A stretch of DNA of 64,000 nt from Balanoglossus misakiensis (taxonomy: Eukaryota > Animalia > Hemichordata). The notes beneath the pieces are model-generated. The model was given only the letters and a program-made list of their open reading frames with translations. It searched no databases and was not told the origin of the DNA. Below, one piece after another: positions 61,201-64,000 of this stretch. Location of the stretch: positions 4,789,097-4,853,096 of the forward strand of contig CM082598.2 in the NCBI GenBank assembly GCA_040954595.2, in the 5' to 3' direction. Every line of letters begins with the position of its first letter. The stretch's first letter is position 1. Position numbers and translations under genes: made by a program.

Positions 61201-63773
61201 TTGGATCTGAAGTAAGCATAAGTACATAAGTATAATTATAACACACCTCATCCTTTAGCTGTGTTGTGATTCGCCAATGTGCAGTCACGTGAGGCGATAA
61301 CAAGGTAAAAGTATGCGTGTGTGTGGGAGGGGAATGCGTTGGGCTACACACAGTCACTCGGGGGAAATAAACGTATGCTATTACCCTCATGGCCAGTCGA
61401 TATGATGTTATGTCTCTTAAGATGGGTCCCTAGGATCTTTTTGCCCGTTGCTATGGGCCTTTATAGGACATTACAACCCGATTTGGACTAAGCCGTTTTC
61501 AGAGTCTAACAAGGGGCTGGTAACTAGTTAAAAATACGCACGATTGTGAGCGCGCGCCCCCTGACGCCATTGATATGCAAATTAGTTAGGTCAAATTTCA
61601 AAAGCCTAAGGCTTTTTATTCCGTGACCTCAAAAACGAACTTGATACGTATTCATTAGTTGCTTGAACCAGGGAAGATCGTGACGGATTTTGTTTTCGAA
61701 TATTATCGTTGTATCCTACGATTTCAGCATACCCGTACCACACCTGAAAAAGTCATCGATTTTGGGTGTTTTTGGACGCACTCTTCCACTGGTATCGCTT
61801 CTTAGCACGACGAAAACCGAAAAAACGATCCGTCACACTATGCGGAAGTGCGTTCTCAACAAGCAGGTCAAATTTGGCTGGCCTACGTCGCCTGTGAAAA
61901 AAGCCTTAGGGATTTTCGTGAACGGTACAAAATCTCTGTGTACAAAACATTGGATTTTTAGCGTTCGATCCAGTTACTGTGGTTACAGGACGCGCACGCT
62001 ATCGCTGACCGCTGCTTTGCCGTATTAGCGTGGCGGCCTATGGCCGGGCGGTAGCTGCCGTAAACATACTCAGACAGGGGGTGTGCACACAATCGTGTGT
62101 ATTTTTAACTAGTTACAACCCCCTTGTCGGACGTTCATAACGGTTTCGATCAAAATTGAGTGTAGTGTCCTATAAAGGCCCATAGCAACGAGCAAAAAGA
62201 TCCTAGGGACCCATCTTAAACACACCAATCCAATCGAATATACTGACAAGACTTTTGCGTTTTCCAACACTAGACAAGCAATTCAGAAATGGTGCCGTAA
62301 ACCTAGATCTCCCGGATGTTGTTGTCGTGGAAACGAAAAGAAAAAGGACGCCGGGATTGTCCGAATACTCCGAGAGCAGTACGAAGCGTTGGGACCAATC
62401 AAGTAAGTATGTTTGCACGTTTGTGCCGTTTAACACGATGGGCCATGTGCCTGTTTGTCCTGTGTCACATGAGAATCATGTTCTCCAATATGAAGTGCTT
62501 AGCCACGCGAGATCTCACGGGGTTTTGTGAAGTTCAGAAAAGGGTCAATTTTGTTTCATGTTTCTCAGATAAGTTTTGACTGAAAAGTTGGTGTTCTGAT
62601 GAGAATATCAATTTTGCAACTCATTGCCAATGGTATGATTTTACTTAAAGGTATACGGTCACCTATGGAAATTCAGCTAGTTACCATGGTAAACTTGAGA
62701 TTTAGCCAATCACGTATTTTCAGAAGGTGGCACACGCGAAAAAAAGATCGCCACCATATGTTCTTTAGAACCCTCAAATATGCCATTTCAGCCATACATG
62801 GGCGTATGTAAATTGGAGGTGACTGTGTACCTTTAAACAAAAGACTATTGCCTTTCTGCATCGTTGCATTTCAGATGGGCAGAAAAGACCCTCCTCCTTG
62901 TGTTTCTGTTCCTAATACTTGTATGGTTTTTCGAAGAACCAAGGTTCATGCCAGGCTGGAGCGATTGGTTTACACCAGGGTAAGTAAGAAGAACATTATT
63001 TGAAGTGACATAGGTGGTTTTAGTGTATAATTAATACATGGAATATGTGTACTCGTACTATTTAAACCCCCAGTAATAAACTGTTAAAGCCCCGGAAATA
63101 TTTGGATTTTTTTTTCAGTTTATTTGTATCAATATATTTTCATCATATATCGTTTTTATACAGTTTTGTTAAATCTAGTACCATCACTTCTGGTGTTGCG
63201 CTTATATGCTTTGCTCTGCCGAGTACGAGACCCTCATTCAATCTAAAAGGTAAGGTACATTAATTTTCTGTAATTATTTTCACAAGAAACATTCTCACAA
63301 CACAACAAAGACAACTGTGAATGGAAAGCAACAGCATTACTGAATAAACGATTTTCTTGTTGCGTTTCATGTAATAAGCACTGAAAATTAAGTTGCAGCA
63401 TACATTCTTAAAGAATTATTATTGAGGCGTCCAGCCCTAAGTTGTTGTTTACTTTTGATTAATGTATAGTCTTTTGAAGGCTGAATGAATGAATATTTTT
63501 ATCTAAACGATAGATGAATGTATAAATGTATTAAGATTACCGAGTTAATACCCCCCCCCCCCCGCGCACATACAAACGCACACCCAAAATTATACATACA
63601 CACATTCCCACCCCAATGCACACATACACACACAAACTCACAAATTTCAACTTGCATTACCAGAGTCAACGCCCTACACTGGATTGATAGATTGGAAGTC
63701 TAGCGAAGCAATGGTTCCCTGGGGAATTCTGATGTATACTGGCTCCTTCTTATCTGCAGTAGAAGCTACAAAG
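58164..63773 (+). CDS. Divergent SLC13/DASS-family (Na+/carboxylate or sulfate symporter, Indy-like) membrane protein; spliced, 3'-incomplete
   Basis: 10 in-phase GT-AG exons: 58164-58277, 58777-59042, 59352-59493, 59800-59882, 60301-60507, 61092-61211, 62274-62402, 62875-62979, 63164-63249, 63664-63773. Family signatures TPLLLSPL, EARCAYV, LFPVLGVL, LHRRIAL, FLSMWI, SFGNWLLFA.P, QYEALGPI, P.FMPGW, LIDWK..VPWGI. Confidence 0.92.
58777..59042 (+). CDS. SLC13-like exon 2
   Basis: EARCAYVFIG..LHRRIALRGLLIAGSDPK; 266 bp. Confidence 0.92.
59096..59249. repeat. 154-bp foldback palindrome
   Basis: CAGGTTTGTCTTAACCGCCATCTTGGAAACAAGGTGCGTTGTGGGATAG is exactly inverted at the other end. Confidence 0.9.
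59352..59493 (+). CDS. SLC13-like exon 3
   Basis: LLLALMVVTGFLSMWILTLALVSMMMPIVQELVDQL..; 142 bp. Confidence 0.92.
59800..59882 (+). CDS. SLC13-like exon 4 (loop)
   Basis: HLQEDGMGKGGLELPQVSLEDLEEGTA; phase-consistent, 83 bp. Confidence 0.75.
60096..60260. repeat. (TACATCTA)n/(TACA)n microsatellite
   Basis: Direct inspection; source of the spurious IHTY/MYVC ORFs. Confidence 0.95.
60301..60507 (+). CDS. SLC13-like exon 5
   Basis: VDGNVG..NIATCFNLGLGYSGIIGGSGSLVGSISQMLMNSYIE; 207 bp. Confidence 0.9.
61092..61211 (+). CDS. SLC13-like exon 6
   Basis: FYGPEAKISFGNWLLFAAPTQLVSLLIGWVWLAFLYLDL; 120 bp. Confidence 0.9.
61417..62219. mobile_element. ~800-bp TTAA-flanked non-autonomous DNA transposon (Kolobok-like) in SLC13 intron 6
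   Basis: TTAA|GATGGGTCCCTAGGATCTTTTTGC..GCAAAAAGATCCTAGGGACCCATC|TTAA; ~50-bp near-perfect TIR, imperfect to ~130 bp; no transposase ORF recognised. Confidence 0.85.
62274..62402 (+). CDS. SLC13-like exon 7
   Basis: QAIQKWCRKPRSPGCCCRGNEKKKDAGIVRILREQYEALGPI; 129 bp. Confidence 0.88.
62645..62836. mobile_element. MITE family E copy
   Basis: TTAAAGGTATACGGTCACC..GACTGTGTACCTTTAA. Confidence 0.8.
62875..62979 (+). CDS. SLC13-like exon 8
   Basis: WAEKTLLLVFLFLILVWFFEEPRFMPGWSDWFTP; 105 bp. Confidence 0.9.
63164..63249 (+). CDS. SLC13-like exon 9
   Basis: FVKSSTITSGVALICFALPSTRPSFNLK; 86 bp. Confidence 0.85.
63664..63773 (+). CDS. SLC13-like exon 10
   Basis: STPYTGLIDWKSSEAMVPWGILMYTGSFLSAVEATK; 110 bp; |gtaaga. 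Confidence 0.88.
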
Positions 63774-64000
63774 GTAAGATACTCGCCGGATACCCTTTGG
63801 GCTCAATGAAGTCTAATACAATAACATTATATGATATATTTACATAATCGGTGAAAGTAATCATTTTAGTTAAAACAATAAATCAAATAAGTTTATTGTC
63901 ATATTTTTAACAAAGGAAGTACTACAATAGTAAGAGGGGGCTGTTGTTTAATTCGAGGTGATAAAAGAACTTGAAATATCATTAATGGTTGGTACACATT

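Noticed and set aside
61690-62028. 112-aa ORF inside the TTAA element as a transposase
   Set aside because: No DDE or DNA-binding motifs recognised; too short.

Overview
Intron-rich eukaryotic DNA from an animal, most likely a marine invertebrate (inferred from gene content and repeat landscape). Two spliced genes lie head-to-head with their ATGs 1.9 kb apart. (1) Minus strand: a myosin phosphatase targeting subunit (MYPT/PPP1R12 family, Mbs/MEL-11-like). I reconstructed 18 GT-AG exons from 56283 down to 2548 in one continuous frame (795 codons); the C-terminal leucine-zipper exons were not found and probably lie left of the window. (2) Plus strand: an SLC13/DASS-family (Indy-like) membrane protein with 10 in-phase exons from 58164 to 63773 (454 codons; 3' end beyond the window). 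Its Na+/carboxylate-binding motifs are replaced although the gene structure is intact. Introns hold about eight families of non-autonomous DNA transposons or dispersed repeats (TA, TTAA and 6-bp target-site duplications), minisatellites and a tRNA-derived relic. Best leads: the degenerate SLC13, a coding-like Ser/Thr/Tyr-rich read-through tail giving an alternative MYPT C-terminus, candidate cassette/micro/poison exons, a fixed-spacing CRE-like + X-box array, and a MITE with 6-bp TSDs. Most ORFs in the supplied track are non-coding noise.
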